Notes: a model not told the origin generated them from the letters alone. Numbered from the stretch's first letter, positions 30,289 through 40,269 are shown. The stretch: 64,000 nt of DNA from a candidate division WOR-3 bacterium (GCA_039801565.1 JBDRUX010000001.1:32001-96000); one strand, 5' to 3'. Numbers and translations: made by a program.

Positions 30289-32748
30289 TTAGGCTGGTAA
30301 GTTGATAGTAACGGTTGTGCCAACCCCTTCTTTACTTTGAATCTCAATTGTGCCTTGATGTTTTTCGATAATCTGTTTAGCCAAAGTCAGACCAAGTCCG
30401 ATTCCAGTCGGTTTATCAAAAGTGAAATAAGGGTCAAATACCGATTGCAAATATTTTTCCGGGATTCCCTTGCCAGTATCTGATATCATAACCCTTACCC
30501 AGTTTTTAATTTTGCCTTCAAAGGTTTGGTGAAAAAGCGAAGTTATAACCAATGTTCCTTTGTTTGCCATTGCCTCTACTGCATTATTGATAATAACCTC
30601 AAGGGCATATTCAATTTCTTTTCGGTCAATCCGCACTAAGGGGAGTTTTTCACCTAATTCTAATTTTAATTTAATCCCAGAACCGATGGTTAACGAATAT
30701 TTATCAATAAGTTCTTTTAATATGCGATTAATATCTTCGGCTTGCAAATCGAGTGGAGCGAACCGAGTGAACCGGAGAAAACTATCGGTTAATTTACGCA
30801 GCCTGGCTATCTCTTCCCTGATATTATGGACCAGCTCTTTTGCCCGTTGTTTATCTTCTACTTGGCAGACTTCTGCCAATTGTTCGGTTGCCAGTTGGAT
30901 ATTCATTAACGGCGTCCTCATACCGTGCGCCAACTTTTGAGCGACCGGTGCCCAAGTTTCGATTTGACCAAGATGGCGCAATTTCGTAATGTCTTCAATT
31001 CTTAAAGTATAGGTGTTGCGTCGTGGCAACTGATAAAAATTTAGCGATAAAATCTTCTCATCGGCTGCGTCTTTAATTGTAAATGTCTCGTTTTCGAATT
31101 GCTGAAAATCTTTTAGCTTATTGGAAAGTTCTGTAAGCCCAGCCTTTTGCAACTCTGCGAAAAGGTTGGCATTGTTTAAATTCTTGATGCCGAGCAGATT
31201 ACAAGCCGACACATTCGCGACTTTTATCTTTCCTTGGCGATTGAAGAGAATGTAGCCGATTTGGGTAATTTTGCTATAAAATTTCTTGGCAACCCTTTCC
31301 GAGTAAGTTAATAGCCACCACAAGATGTAAGAAATAATCAGCCCTAAAATGATGAGATTGAGTAAAATCGCGTTAAATAAATGTCCGGTCCTTTTAGCAA
31401 TTGGGGTTGGTTCAAATCGGTAGAGAATAAACTCGGTTTCATCTTTAGCCGGTTGACTAATCAGGACCTTTTTGGTCTTCTGCTCCCGTACCAATTTAAT
31501 AGCTCCTGAATTTAAGCCAACGCCTTGGTCTACAAGACTTTTGGCTAATGGCAATTGGGCGATAACTTTTAACTGATGATTGAAGATCACTAACTTATTA
31601 TCTTCGGTAGTGGTGATGATTTCTTTTCGGCCATCGCCAATTAAATCGTAGACTCCCATCACATCGATACCACGATGGTTGTCATAGGTCAAGATTTCAT
31701 CTAAATCCGAATTGAAGACTCGAATTTTACCATCTAAGTTACCGGTGATGATTTCATCGCAACCATCAAGGTTGATATCTGAACATGCCATTCCCCAAAA
31801 GTTTTCTCCGGTCTGGATAGATTTTTTTAACTTGCCATCGGGTGTCAAGATTAAAATTTTATCCGATTCATAGGATTCCCGTTTTGAAGATGTAGCTACA
31901 ATCACCTCCTTTCTACCATCTTTATCAATGTCTGAGGCGGCGATTTCGGTTTCACAGAAGTACTCACCGGTTTGTTGTTGCCATAATAATTTACCTTTGC
32001 AGTCCAAAACAATCACATAACTCGCAAGGTCAGTAGTATTATTTGCACTACTGCCATTAGCTGGGGAATAAGTTCCAACAATAATTTCGGGTTTTAGGTC
32101 ATCATTAATATCTTCAACGATTATTTTTACAACGATTGGACCAATCCAATAGTGCCACAGTTCTTTTCCGGTCTTTAGGTCATAAACGGCTAAACCGCGG
32201 GGTTGCAAATCAAAACCGCAGCCAACATTCAATAATAAATCCAAGTTTCCATCGTCATTGGCATCAATACAGTTTATTGCCGTAACCGAGCCATCCCATT
32301 TGCCATCCTGATTCTTATCGGTCATCTTTACGGTGGGCAAGCTCTTTATTAAATTGCCCGATTTGGTTGAACCGTAACAATTAACAATTTCGGTTGCACC
32401 TTTAGTATAACTGGCAAAGATTTCTTTTATACCATCTTGATTGATATCCAAGACGGAAAAAGTTTTAAAACGATTTGATAGAAAATAATAATCCCAACAG
32501 ACCCTTCCCTTTTGGTCTAAAAGTTGCATATTGTAATCGCTGATTTTTAATAATTCATCGGTTTTATCCTGATTGATATCTAAAGGAAAAATTTCGATAC
32601 CGGTGAACTTTCGCTCCTCTTTTAAGCAAAATGGCAATTTCTCGGCTGGAATCGCCAAAGAAGTTAAAAATAAAATGGTGATAACCGCCTTCTTTCTCAT
32701 ACACTCATAGCTATTTTGTATAATACAATATCCATTAGTCTCTGTCAA
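30289..32748 (-). CDS. Sensor histidine kinase with extracytoplasmic FG-GAP/VCBS repeats
   Basis: Many DINxDGxxE(I/L) repeats, one TM helix, LAHGMRTPL H-box, NAVEA, DTGKGI, FDPYFT, GIGLGL. Probable start ATG 32700. Confidence 0.92.
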   Translation of the reverse strand: MTETNGYCIIQNSYECMRKKAVITILFLTSLAIPAEKLPFCLKEERKFTGIEIFPLDINQDKTDELLKISDYNMQLLDQKGRVCWDYYFLSNRFKTFSVLDINQDGIKEIFASYTKGATEIVNCYGSTKSGNLIKSLPTVKMTDKNQDGKWDGSVTAINCIDANDDGNLDLLLNVGCGFDLQPRGLAVYDLKTGKELWHYWIGPIVVKIIVEDINDDLKPEIIVGTYSPANGSSANNTTDLASYVIVLDCKGKLLWQQQTGEYFCETEIAASDIDKDGRKEVIVATSSKRESYESDKILILTPDGKLKKSIQTGENFWGMACSDINLDGCDEIITGNLDGKIRVFNSDLDEILTYDNHRGIDVMGVYDLIGDGRKEIITTTEDNKLVIFNHQLKVIAQLPLAKSLVDQGVGLNSGAIKLVREQKTKKVLISQPAKDETEFILYRFEPTPIAKRTGHLFNAILLNLIILGLIISYILWWLLTYSERVAKKFYSKITQIGYILFNRQGKIKVANVSACNLLGIKNLNNANLFAELQKAGLTELSNKLKDFQQFENETFTIKDAADEKILSLNFYQLPRRNTYTLRIEDITKLRHLGQIETWAPVAQKLAHGMRTPLMNIQLATEQLAEVCQVEDKQRAKELVHNIREEIARLRKLTDSFLRFTRFAPLDLQAEDINRILKELIDKYSLTIGSGIKLKLELGEKLPLVRIDRKEIEYALEVIINNAVEAMANKGTLVITSLFHQTFEGKIKNWVRVMISDTGKGIPEKYLQSVFDPYFTFDKPTGIGLGLTLAKQIIEKHQGTIEIQSKEGVGTTVTINLPA

Positions 32749-32758
32749 TAATTTTGTT

Positions 32759-32793
32759 AAAAAAGGTCCCTCAGAGTGTACATCTGAGGGACC
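32759..32793 (-). terminator. Rho-independent terminator of the putative sRNA
   Basis: Perfect 11-bp stem GGTCCCTCAGA/TCTGAGGGACC plus U6 on the minus strand. Confidence 0.88.
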
Positions 32794-32879
32794 CTGCCTA
32801 ACCGACTTGACCCCAAAAACGGACTGGGGTGGGAAGGAAACTTCACCTTAGCACACAACGAGAGAGACCCGACCTCTCA
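32759..32879 (-). ncRNA. Putative sigma54-dependent small RNA (~120 nt)
   Basis: Bounded by a -24/-12 promoter and a strong intrinsic terminator; 5' hairpin GAGAG..CTCTC; only a 10-codon ORF without SD. Confidence 0.68.
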
Positions 32880-32889
32880 TATCTATTAT

Positions 32890-32905
32890 TGCAAAATTTG
32901 TGCCA
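32890..32905 (-). promoter_or_regulatory. Sigma54 -24/-12 promoter
   Basis: Minus strand reads TGGCAC-AAATT-TTGCA, matching TGGCAC-N5-TTGCW. Confidence 0.85.
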
Positions 32906-32997
32906 GAAGATTAAATTAAAGTTCGATTTTCTTTCTTATTGTAAAATAATAACTTAAATTAAGGGTCAATTAAACCACTCTTTTTAAAAGTCATTGA

Positions 32998-33035
32998 TGT
33001 TGCATTTATGCAAATTTTGTTGTAAATAAGCAGCA
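32998..33035. promoter_or_regulatory. Candidate tandem enhancer (UAS) sites
   Basis: TTGCA-TTTA-TGCAA palindrome and a second degenerate TGTTGTAAATAAGCAGCA, about 120-155 bp upstream of the predicted +1. Confidence 0.55.
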
Positions 33036-33354
33036 CAATTGATTTGGGTGTGGGTCATAATAGATTGCGGTTCTTGACCATTTAGTATGGAAGACACTTG
33101 AGGCATCGCTTCAATCCTTTGTCCACCATAAAGCCAATCTCTTCACTCAATCCTAAATATTACCTATACCGTCACCAATATTGGATCAAATAACAATCCT
33201 TTCTCAGTCTCAAAAAAACGAAACCATTCCAATTTCATAAACAATTATACACAATCGGCTCAATATTTTAACCATTTGGTTGGTAATATTCCGATAGCCA
33301 CTACAGTGGTTGCTTCTCGGAGTGCTATACGGGACTACCGAAGAAGCAAGGAGA

Positions 33355-33695
33355 TTAGTGAATAGAAATTAACGAAGATGTTGCGATGTGATTTATCGCA
33401 AAACAGCGGTTGTTCGGTAGCGTTGTTGGATTGGCCATTCGTGATGAGGTCAGTTGTGCCAGCATCTTTTGGTTTCTTTGTTTAAGATCGATTCTATCCG
33501 GCTCTTTTAAAAATTTCACTGAAGACGCACCACAAACTCTAAGGCACTTAAGAATTGTATTCAAAGATGAATTTTTTACCCTACCCTTTTCCTGAATTTA
33601 AAGACAAGCCAATACCTTTAGCCACCTCGGCTTGTGACAAATTTACCTTCTGACAGGTTTTAATTAAAAGCTTTACTATTGCTTGGGTTATAATT
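33355..33695 (-). pseudogene. Decayed XRE-family HTH regulator
   Basis: VKLLIKTCQKVNLSQAEVAKGIGLSLNSGKG* then, after a frameshift, KNSSLNTILKCLRVCGASSVKFLKEPDRIDLKQRNQKMLAQL. Confidence 0.7.
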
Positions 33696-33722
33696 GTTTA
33701 ATTATTTTAAGGTTTTAAAAAG

Positions 33723-33958
33723 TATACTATTTAGTATATACCAAAAATCAAGCCGAAATTTCTTTTAACTAGTAGCCTCGTAGGTTGGTTCAGGGGTTAG
33801 CTGAGGACCAAGTTCGCAAGCGAGTTGGGAGGCAACTTGGGAAACGGGTTAGGGATTTGGTTAGGAAATTAGCTGGGGAGCTGGTTCGGAGGCGGCCCCG
33901 TGAGCTACCTCAGGGATTGGCTAGTAGGCAAGCTGGAAAGTAAAATCGTAGGCTGACT
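33723..33958 (+). repeat. Dispersed element copy 3 (palindrome, shared spacer, 12-bp array)
   Basis: TATACTA-TT-TAGTATA palindrome, CCAAAAATCAAGCCGAAATTTCTTTTAAC shared with copies 1 and 4, then units such as tcgtaggttggt, tgggaggcaact, ccgtgagctacc. Confidence 0.78.
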
Positions 33959-34064
33959 TTTTCCTAATAATAAAGATTTAAAAAAATAAGATTCTTTCGC
34001 ATCTCAATTTTGCCAATTTTGTTCATATTAAAATCTTAATTTTGCTCACTTTTTGCAATTTAAA

Positions 34065-35033
34065 TTAAAAAATATACCGCATCGCTTGTTTTAAAAGCGG
34101 AACGCCGCGTATCTCTTTATCCATTTCGGGCAAGATTCCTAAGACATTGGGAAAGGTTAATTTTATCTCAGCCAAATATTTTTCTTGCATCGCAATGCGA
34201 TTCAAAACAAATTCGGGAGCATTGTCTTTGACCAAACTCTTATCAATCACTCGATTCACAATCACCCCGCCGACCGGAATGCCGAATTCTTTAAACCAAC
34301 CGATGAACCTTTTAATCACCGCAATCGGTAAGGCTTCGGGTAAAGTGACAAAGAAGAATGCGGTTAATTGGTTATCGGTTAAGAGGTTGTGGACGCGTTC
34401 AATCCGTTCTTTAAAATTTAAAAGATAAGTTAGTAAAGGGTCCTTTTCATCTTTTTGCGAAAAGGATAATTTCTTTCTTAATTCCGTAGCCTCTTTGCGG
34501 CTGGCGAGCATCTTTTCAACCCATAAGGTATAGACCTTTGACATACCAAGTAATCTTCGGGCATTAGCGGTTGGCGCAGTATCAAAAACGTAGCAATCGT
34601 ATTTATTCTCAAACATCAAATCTACCATCTTTTCAAACATCGCCGACTCTTCAAATGCCGGATTCATCGTAGCGGATTCAATAAAATCTTCGGTCTTTTG
34701 ACCTGAGATATCAGCATATTTTAAGAACCATTCAATCTTCTCTTTGATTTCACCTTTCTTTTTGCTAATAATCTCTTTGGTCTCAATCTCTAAGGCATAG
34801 AGATTAGTATTGCTAACCTTGGTCTCTTTACCAAAGACATTTTGTTCTAACAAACCAGAAAGGCTGTGCACTGGATTAGTTGAAGCGAGTAAGACCTTCT
34901 TACCAGTTTCGGAAAGATAGAGTGCGGTCATTCCTGCCAAGACAGTTTTACCGACACCGCCCTTACCACCAAAGAAAATATACTTTAAAGTTGGGTGACT
35001 GTTAATAAATTCTTTCATTTTTTTTGAAACCAC
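34065..35033 (-). CDS. ArsA/Get3-family ATPase, single domain
   Basis: GGKGGVGKT, STNPVHSL, FDTAPTAN, VTLPEALP, VIVNRV. Confidence 0.9.
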   Translation of the reverse strand: MVSKKMKEFINSHPTLKYIFFGGKGGVGKTVLAGMTALYLSETGKKVLLASTNPVHSLSGLLEQNVFGKETKVSNTNLYALEIETKEIISKKKGEIKEKIEWFLKYADISGQKTEDFIESATMNPAFEESAMFEKMVDLMFENKYDCYVFDTAPTANARRLLGMSKVYTLWVEKMLASRKEATELRKKLSFSQKDEKDPLLTYLLNFKERIERVHNLLTDNQLTAFFFVTLPEALPIAVIKRFIGWFKEFGIPVGGVIVNRVIDKSLVKDNAPEFVLNRIAMQEKYLAEIKLTFPNVLGILPEMDKEIRGVPLLKQAMRYIF

Positions 35034-35041
35034 CGAGAAAT

Positions 35042-35567
35042 AAAAAATTTTAAAACCGCGGATGGGCGCGGATTCACACGGATATAATTATTTTTGTCAA
35101 TCAGTATGTAATCGCTTTTCATTCTTTTTATTTTTCCTTGATAAAACCAATCTTTTATATTCTAACTTGGGTTTGGCAAAATTAAGGATTACTCCAACTT
35201 CGATACCTGTCGCTTTCAAATAATTTAGTATTTGTGCTTCGTGGATTTTTTCAATCTTATCGCAGGCTTTTACCTCGACAATTACTTTTTTATCAATAAT
35301 TATATCAGAAATGTAATTACCAACTTTTTTCCTTTTGTAAAAAACTTCAATCAATTTTTGATTTTCGACCGGAAGATTTCTACTTCGAAATTCTTCAAGC
35401 AAGGCATTCTCATATACTTTTTCCAAGAATCCACAACCTAAATAATTGTGAACCTCAAAAGCAGCATTAAGTATTTTATGAGTCAATTCGCTATGTAATA
35501 GGTCTTTTGGTAAATTAATATTTTCCATCGGCGTATAATCCGCGTGAATCCGCGGTTAAAATTTTTA
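35042..35567. mobile_element. Inverted-repeat-flanked GxxExxY cassette
   Basis: Left AAAAATTTTAAAACCGCGGATGGGCGCGGATTCACACGGAT and right ATCCGCGTGAATCCGCGGTTAAAATTTTT enclose exactly one gene between the two arsA-like genes. Confidence 0.7.
35097..35528 (-). CDS. GxxExxY family protein (PD-(D/E)XK-like)
   Basis: AFEVHNYLGCGFLEKVYENAL, DIII..VIVEVKA, AQILNYLKAT, ILNF. Confidence 0.93.
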   Translation of the reverse strand: MENINLPKDLLHSELTHKILNAAFEVHNYLGCGFLEKVYENALLEEFRSRNLPVENQKLIEVFYKRKKVGNYISDIIIDKKVIVEVKACDKIEKIHEAQILNYLKATGIEVGVILNFAKPKLEYKRLVLSRKNKKNEKRLHTD

Positions 35568-36536
35568 ATCATACATTATCATTGCCATTTTTTCAATCAT
35601 CGCTAAACCGGTGACATCGCGCTCTAATTCCGGCACCCAGCCCAATACTTTTTCACCGAATTTTTGCTTAATATCCGTCATCGGCTGGCGTTGGCTTGCG
35701 ATTCGATTCTTTAGATATTGCGGAATATTCTCTTTTTCTAACTCTTGCGGAATTACCCGATTGACCACAAAGCCGGTTATCGGCACACCATAACGCGAAA
35801 ATAGTCCTGCTGCCTTTTCGGTATCAATAACACTCATTGCCTCTGGTGTCAGCACAAAAAAGAAACCAGTTTTTTCTTTATCAGTAAAGATTGAAGAAGC
35901 GAGATTGATTCTTTTGCGGATATATTGCAACTCGGCAAGGATTTCGTCCTCTTCTTTTATCTCTTCACTTTTCATTTTCGCTACCACTGCTTCGTATCTT
36001 CGCATCTCTTCCCGTAATGAAGTAATCTTATTAATCCATTCATCATAGATTGAACTCATCGAGAGATAATAAAGGGCATGACCTAAAGGCACTAAGTCAT
36101 AAATATAATAATCAAAATTGGTGGTATTGACGATATCCACTACCGCATCAAAAATGGCACTTTCTTCCATTGCTGGTTCAGCTGAAGTGGCAGTAATATA
36201 ACTTTCAATCTCCTCAGGTACTTTTTCAAAGCCATAACGGTCAAGAATCTTTTTTCTTATCTCATCCTGATACTCTTGGATTCTTTTATCAGCATCAATC
36301 TCCTGAGCAAACAAATTGGGAATTATCTCTTGGGCACCTTTACCGAAAATATCCTTTTCAAAGATATCCGAAAGTGAAGCCTGGGGGTCAACCGAAAAGA
36401 CCAAAACCTTTTTACCTTGCTTGGCTAACCAGAAGGCGGTTGCCGCAGAAAAAGTCGTTTTGCCCAAACCACCTTTGCCACCAAACATAATATATTTCAT
36501 CTTCGGATTCTTTTGAAACACTTCTTTTAAGGTCAT
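35565..36536 (-). CDS. ArsA/Get3-family ATPase, single domain
   Basis: GGKGGLGKTT, SVDPQASLSD, AQEID, DLVPLGH, VLTPE, VVNRV. Confidence 0.9.
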   Translation of the reverse strand: MTLKEVFQKNPKMKYIMFGGKGGLGKTTFSAATAFWLAKQGKKVLVFSVDPQASLSDIFEKDIFGKGAQEIIPNLFAQEIDADKRIQEYQDEIRKKILDRYGFEKVPEEIESYITATSAEPAMEESAIFDAVVDIVNTTNFDYYIYDLVPLGHALYYLSMSSIYDEWINKITSLREEMRRYEAVVAKMKSEEIKEEDEILAELQYIRKRINLASSIFTDKEKTGFFFVLTPEAMSVIDTEKAAGLFSRYGVPITGFVVNRVIPQELEKENIPQYLKNRIASQRQPMTDIKQKFGEKVLGWVPELERDVTGLAMIEKMAMIMYD

Positions 36537-36548
36537 AGCATTCAGTTT

Positions 36549-37109
36549 TTATCCTTCTTGAATTTTTATTGATGCCAAGGCTTTTTGGAAGGCGGTTTCG
36601 TATTTGGTAAAGTCTTCAGGCAAGGCTCTAAAGAAAACCTCAATGACTTCACCGTCTTTGCCGATATAAAGTTCAATCACCTTATATTCTGCTTCTTTTA
36701 TTACCTCAATCGCATTAAAATTACCAATCTTCCTTTGTGTCTTAGCAACAATCCGAGTTTTGGTTACTTCTTCTAACTCCTCTTCACCGACGATATTACC
36801 TAAGGTCTTTGTCATCTTTTCAAACATTGATTCTATCTTTGCTGATTCTTTTAGCGTGTTCTCAACAAATTCTTCTACGGTCTGTTCTTCTTCCAATTGG
36901 TATTTAACAACCATCCCCCAGTTATCATCCCTTTTGGCTGGTTCATAAAAACTGGTTGAGTCTTTGGGGTCGGTCTGCCAACCGGTAGGTAAGTTCATTG
37001 AAAATCCTAAATCTGGGATTATCACTCGGTTACTACCTTTTTGACAATCAAGTGATAACAGAAGAATAAAAGTTAAGCCACTAAATAAAATCTTAACAAT
37101 TTTTACCAT
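36549..37109 (-). CDS. Hypothetical exported protein (possibly PsbP-like fold)
   Basis: Signal peptide; GFSMNLPTGW motif; ends FQKALASIKI. Confidence 0.6.
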   Translation of the reverse strand: MVKIVKILFSGLTFILLLSLDCQKGSNRVIIPDLGFSMNLPTGWQTDPKDSTSFYEPAKRDDNWGMVVKYQLEEEQTVEEFVENTLKESAKIESMFEKMTKTLGNIVGEEELEEVTKTRIVAKTQRKIGNFNAIEVIKEAEYKVIELYIGKDGEVIEVFFRALPEDFTKYETAFQKALASIKIQEG

Positions 37110-37164
37110 TCAGTTTTATTTTATCTGATTAAGAATCAAAGTCAATCGTTCGATTGGTTCGGAT

Positions 37165-38061
37165 TCAACCTAAGAAGACTAACAAGGCGCCACTGAAGGC
37201 AATAATTATTGCGAAGAGACGAATTAGGGTTATTGGTTCTTTTAAAAGGATTGCCGCAAGGATGAAGACAAAGATATAGCTCGTTTGATTCAAAGGTGCG
37301 GCAATTGAAGCCTGGGTATATTTCATTCCGCCCAGCCAGACAACCAATGTGAAATAGGTTCCAACCAAACTGCCGCCGAGTGTATAGCCCAAACTTTTGG
37401 TTGTAAATAGAGAAGCGATAATTTGGTTACGATTAGGTAAAAATAAAGTAATAATTAAAAGGCTAAGAAAACCAGCAATCAGACGGATTTCGGTTGCCCA
37501 TAATAATGGTGTCTTAGTGAGTAGTGGTTTAATTAAAATAACACTGATTGCAGTTGCTACCGAGGCTAAAACACCACATAAGATTCCGATAAGCAATCCC
37601 TTTCTGGTTAAGTTTTTCGGTAGTTTTATCTGTGTGGTTGATGTTAAAGCAAAAAGGATTAAAATCACTCCCAAAATCTGTAATAAAGATAAGCGTTCAT
37701 TGAGGAATAAGACCGAAAGGATAATAATTGAGGGACTGTACATATAACCGACAATTGCGGATAGTGAAGCACCAATTCGGTTTAGGCTCATAAAGAAAAA
37801 AGTGTCACCAATCGCCATCCCTAAGATACCACTAAGTAAAAAGATTGCGTATTCCTTTAAAGCAACCGGTCGCAATAATTGCTCACCGAAAATTGTCATT
37901 GTTGGCAGTAATAAGAGCATTGCCAGAAGGTTTTTGAAAAGGTTCAGTCCAATTGGGTGAACTGTCTCGCCACTCTTTTTAAATAGAATAACCGCAAACG
38001 CCCAGGCAAGCGCACTGAGCAGAGCTAAAGTCTGTCCTAAATAAGGGAAATTGACTGGCAT
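37165..38061 (-). CDS. DMT/EamA family transporter
   Basis: About ten hydrophobic segments in two repeats; LFLNERL / ILLKEPI. Confidence 0.9.
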   Translation of the reverse strand: MPVNFPYLGQTLALLSALAWAFAVILFKKSGETVHPIGLNLFKNLLAMLLLLPTMTIFGEQLLRPVALKEYAIFLLSGILGMAIGDTFFFMSLNRIGASLSAIVGYMYSPSIIILSVLFLNERLSLLQILGVILILFALTSTTQIKLPKNLTRKGLLIGILCGVLASVATAISVILIKPLLTKTPLLWATEIRLIAGFLSLLIITLFLPNRNQIIASLFTTKSLGYTLGGSLVGTYFTLVVWLGGMKYTQASIAAPLNQTSYIFVFILAAILLKEPITLIRLFAIIIAFSGALLVFLG

Positions 38062-38098
38062 AATTAGAAGAAATGATTATTTAGAAGTGATTGGGTGA

Positions 38099-38362
38099 TT
38101 AAGCTAAGGTATCGGTGAAATCCTTTTCCCTTAACATCCGACGCTTCCAAGTCGCAATCTGCGGCACACAATAAGGAAGTATCCTTAATGAATAATAAGG
38201 GGGTAGGATTGGAATCCCTAACATATCACCCATTGTGATTAGGATGAATAGATGCTCCATACTACCGCGGGTCTTTAAGGCAAACCGGGCGGTGTCATGG
38301 GCTGCCATACCGTAAACAAATTCTCTTATCGTCTTAAAAATTCCTTTTTTCTTTTCGCTCAT
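38099..38362 (-). CDS. Small CstA-associated protein (cory-CC-star-like)
   Basis: EHLFILITMGDMLGIP..PPYYSLRILPY; lies between cstA and arsA-like genes. Confidence 0.7.
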   Translation of the reverse strand: MSEKKKGIFKTIREFVYGMAAHDTARFALKTRGSMEHLFILITMGDMLGIPILPPYYSLRILPYCVPQIATWKRRMLREKDFTDTLA

Positions 38363-38367
38363 TTTAT

Positions 38368-40032
38368 TTACTCCTTTTGCTCTTCACCGGTCAATCTTTT
38401 ATATTTTAAGAATGCCTTTAATCCGTCATAAGCCAGAATAATTGCCGCAACGAATAAGACCAGTCCAATTATCCCAGCAAAATAATTACCGATAATTGAA
38501 CTGGTGGACAATCCTTTTCCGGTTACATCCAATCTCGTTATCGCCTGGCGTAAAACTGAAATACTTGTATAAATTAAAGCACTCATTGTTGTCACATACA
38601 TAAATATCATTGGGTAAAAGGTAAAACCGGTGGGTTTCTTTTGGCTAACCAGCCAGACCGAGGCAATCAGTAAGGCAAGGCTTGCCATCAATTGATTGGC
38701 TGAACCGAAAAGAACCCAGATATAATTAAAAGTCCCGGTATAGACCAGGACAAAAGATAAGATTAAGGCAATCAAAGTCCCCAAGATCGGATTTCTTAAA
38801 GCGGGTATCTTTTTGCCCAAAAGTTCATTGGTCGCAATCCGCATAAAACGAACTACCAGATGTAAAATCGTGATTGCCAAAACAACAATCATCACCGGTC
38901 CATAAGCGTTACCCCAAGTCTTAGGCAAACCGATATAACTAAATATTTCACCCATCCCTTGCCCGAATAGGGTATGCCAGGCACCTTTAGCGGTAGTGAC
39001 ACTGACGATTATCAAGGCGATTAAGGCGAGTATCATCTCAAGAAACATCGCACCGGCAGTGACAACCCGAGTATCGGTATCCTTTTCCAATTGCCGAGAA
39101 GTGCCTGTGGAAGAAACATTACTATGCCAACCTGAAATCGCGCCGCAGGCAATCGTCACAAATAGCATTGGCCAAAGCGGCAGCCCATCAGCATTAAAAC
39201 TGGTGAAGGCCGGGGCTTTGAAATTAGGATGACCGATGATTATTCCTAAGATTGTGCCAATCATCCCGAATAGGATAATATAAAAACCGAGATAATTGAC
39301 CGGTTGGACAAAGACCCAGATTGGTAAGACCGAGCCCAAAAAAGAGAAAAGCAAGGCAAAAATTAACCAGAGCATCTTATTTGCTTCTGGACTGGCTAAG
39401 GCGATTTGGATATGACTGCCGAAAAATAACGCAACATAAAAGATAACAAGCCCGATAATCGTAACCAGAATTAGATTGAATCTAACATAATAGATTAGAA
39501 AACCGACAATCACACCAGCGATGCCAAGAAAGATTAGCGAAAAGGGGATATTGGGGTTATTAGCCATAAAAGTGGCTACCACATTGGCAAAGGCAGCAGC
39601 AATTAGTAAGAGATAGAAATAGATAAAAGAGAGTAAAATGATTCGGGTGCGGGGCGAGATTAGAGAGTAAGATATTCCGCCAAAGGTCTTGCCGTCGTTA
39701 CGCATTGAGACGATTGCGCTCGTATAATCCTGAATCCAACCGATGAAAAATGTCCCTAAAAGAATCCAGATTAATCCGGGTAGCCAGCCCCATTTGATAG
39801 CGATGATTGGACCAAGCACCGGTGCTGCCCCAGCGATTGATTTGAACTGATAACCGAAAAGGATATTCTTTGAGGTTGGCATAAAATCAACCCCATCAGC
39901 ATAAAGTCGGGCTGGAGTCGCTCGTTTCGGGTCGGTCTGGATTACTTTTTTGTCATAATATTTGGCATAAATTTGGAACCCAAGATAATATACTATTATA
40001 CCAAGGATAATCACAACTACTGAATTCATCAT
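38368..40032 (-). CDS. cstA: Carbon starvation protein A family transporter
   Basis: TPA...DGVDF, F.SIAGAAPVLGPI, WGWLP, FVTIACGAISGWH, WVLFGSANQL. Confidence 0.92.
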   Translation of the reverse strand: MMNSVVVIILGIIVYYLGFQIYAKYYDKKVIQTDPKRATPARLYADGVDFMPTSKNILFGYQFKSIAGAAPVLGPIIAIKWGWLPGLIWILLGTFFIGWIQDYTSAIVSMRNDGKTFGGISYSLISPRTRIILLSFIYFYLLLIAAAFANVVATFMANNPNIPFSLIFLGIAGVIVGFLIYYVRFNLILVTIIGLVIFYVALFFGSHIQIALASPEANKMLWLIFALLFSFLGSVLPIWVFVQPVNYLGFYIILFGMIGTILGIIIGHPNFKAPAFTSFNADGLPLWPMLFVTIACGAISGWHSNVSSTGTSRQLEKDTDTRVVTAGAMFLEMILALIALIIVSVTTAKGAWHTLFGQGMGEIFSYIGLPKTWGNAYGPVMIVVLAITILHLVVRFMRIATNELLGKKIPALRNPILGTLIALILSFVLVYTGTFNYIWVLFGSANQLMASLALLIASVWLVSQKKPTGFTFYPMIFMYVTTMSALIYTSISVLRQAITRLDVTGKGLSTSSIIGNYFAGIIGLVLFVAAIILAYDGLKAFLKYKRLTGEEQKE

Positions 40033-40269
40033 TTAGAATTCTATAAATTTTTGTCCAAAAGTCAATCCACCCGAGTAAATCAAGTTGCTATTTTTCTTAT
40101 CTTCACAATGAGAAAGGTCATCTTAAAATGAAGATTTGTATTTTGTGCGTGGTCAATAATTGAGTATCCAAGGTGATTAATCATCTTTTGAGGACCGCTC
40201 TTTGACAATTTGGTTTGTGTCTAATAAACCACTGCAACTCGTTAAAAAACTCCAACATCTTAACTTTCA

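Noticed and set aside
33060..33335. IS3-type integrase remnant
   Set aside because: Only a short GYRNIT-like match and a GGGACTAC end; too degraded to support.
34065..36536. Arsenic resistance operon
   Set aside because: No arsB/acr3, arsC, arsD or arsR; metalloid-binding cysteines not evident.
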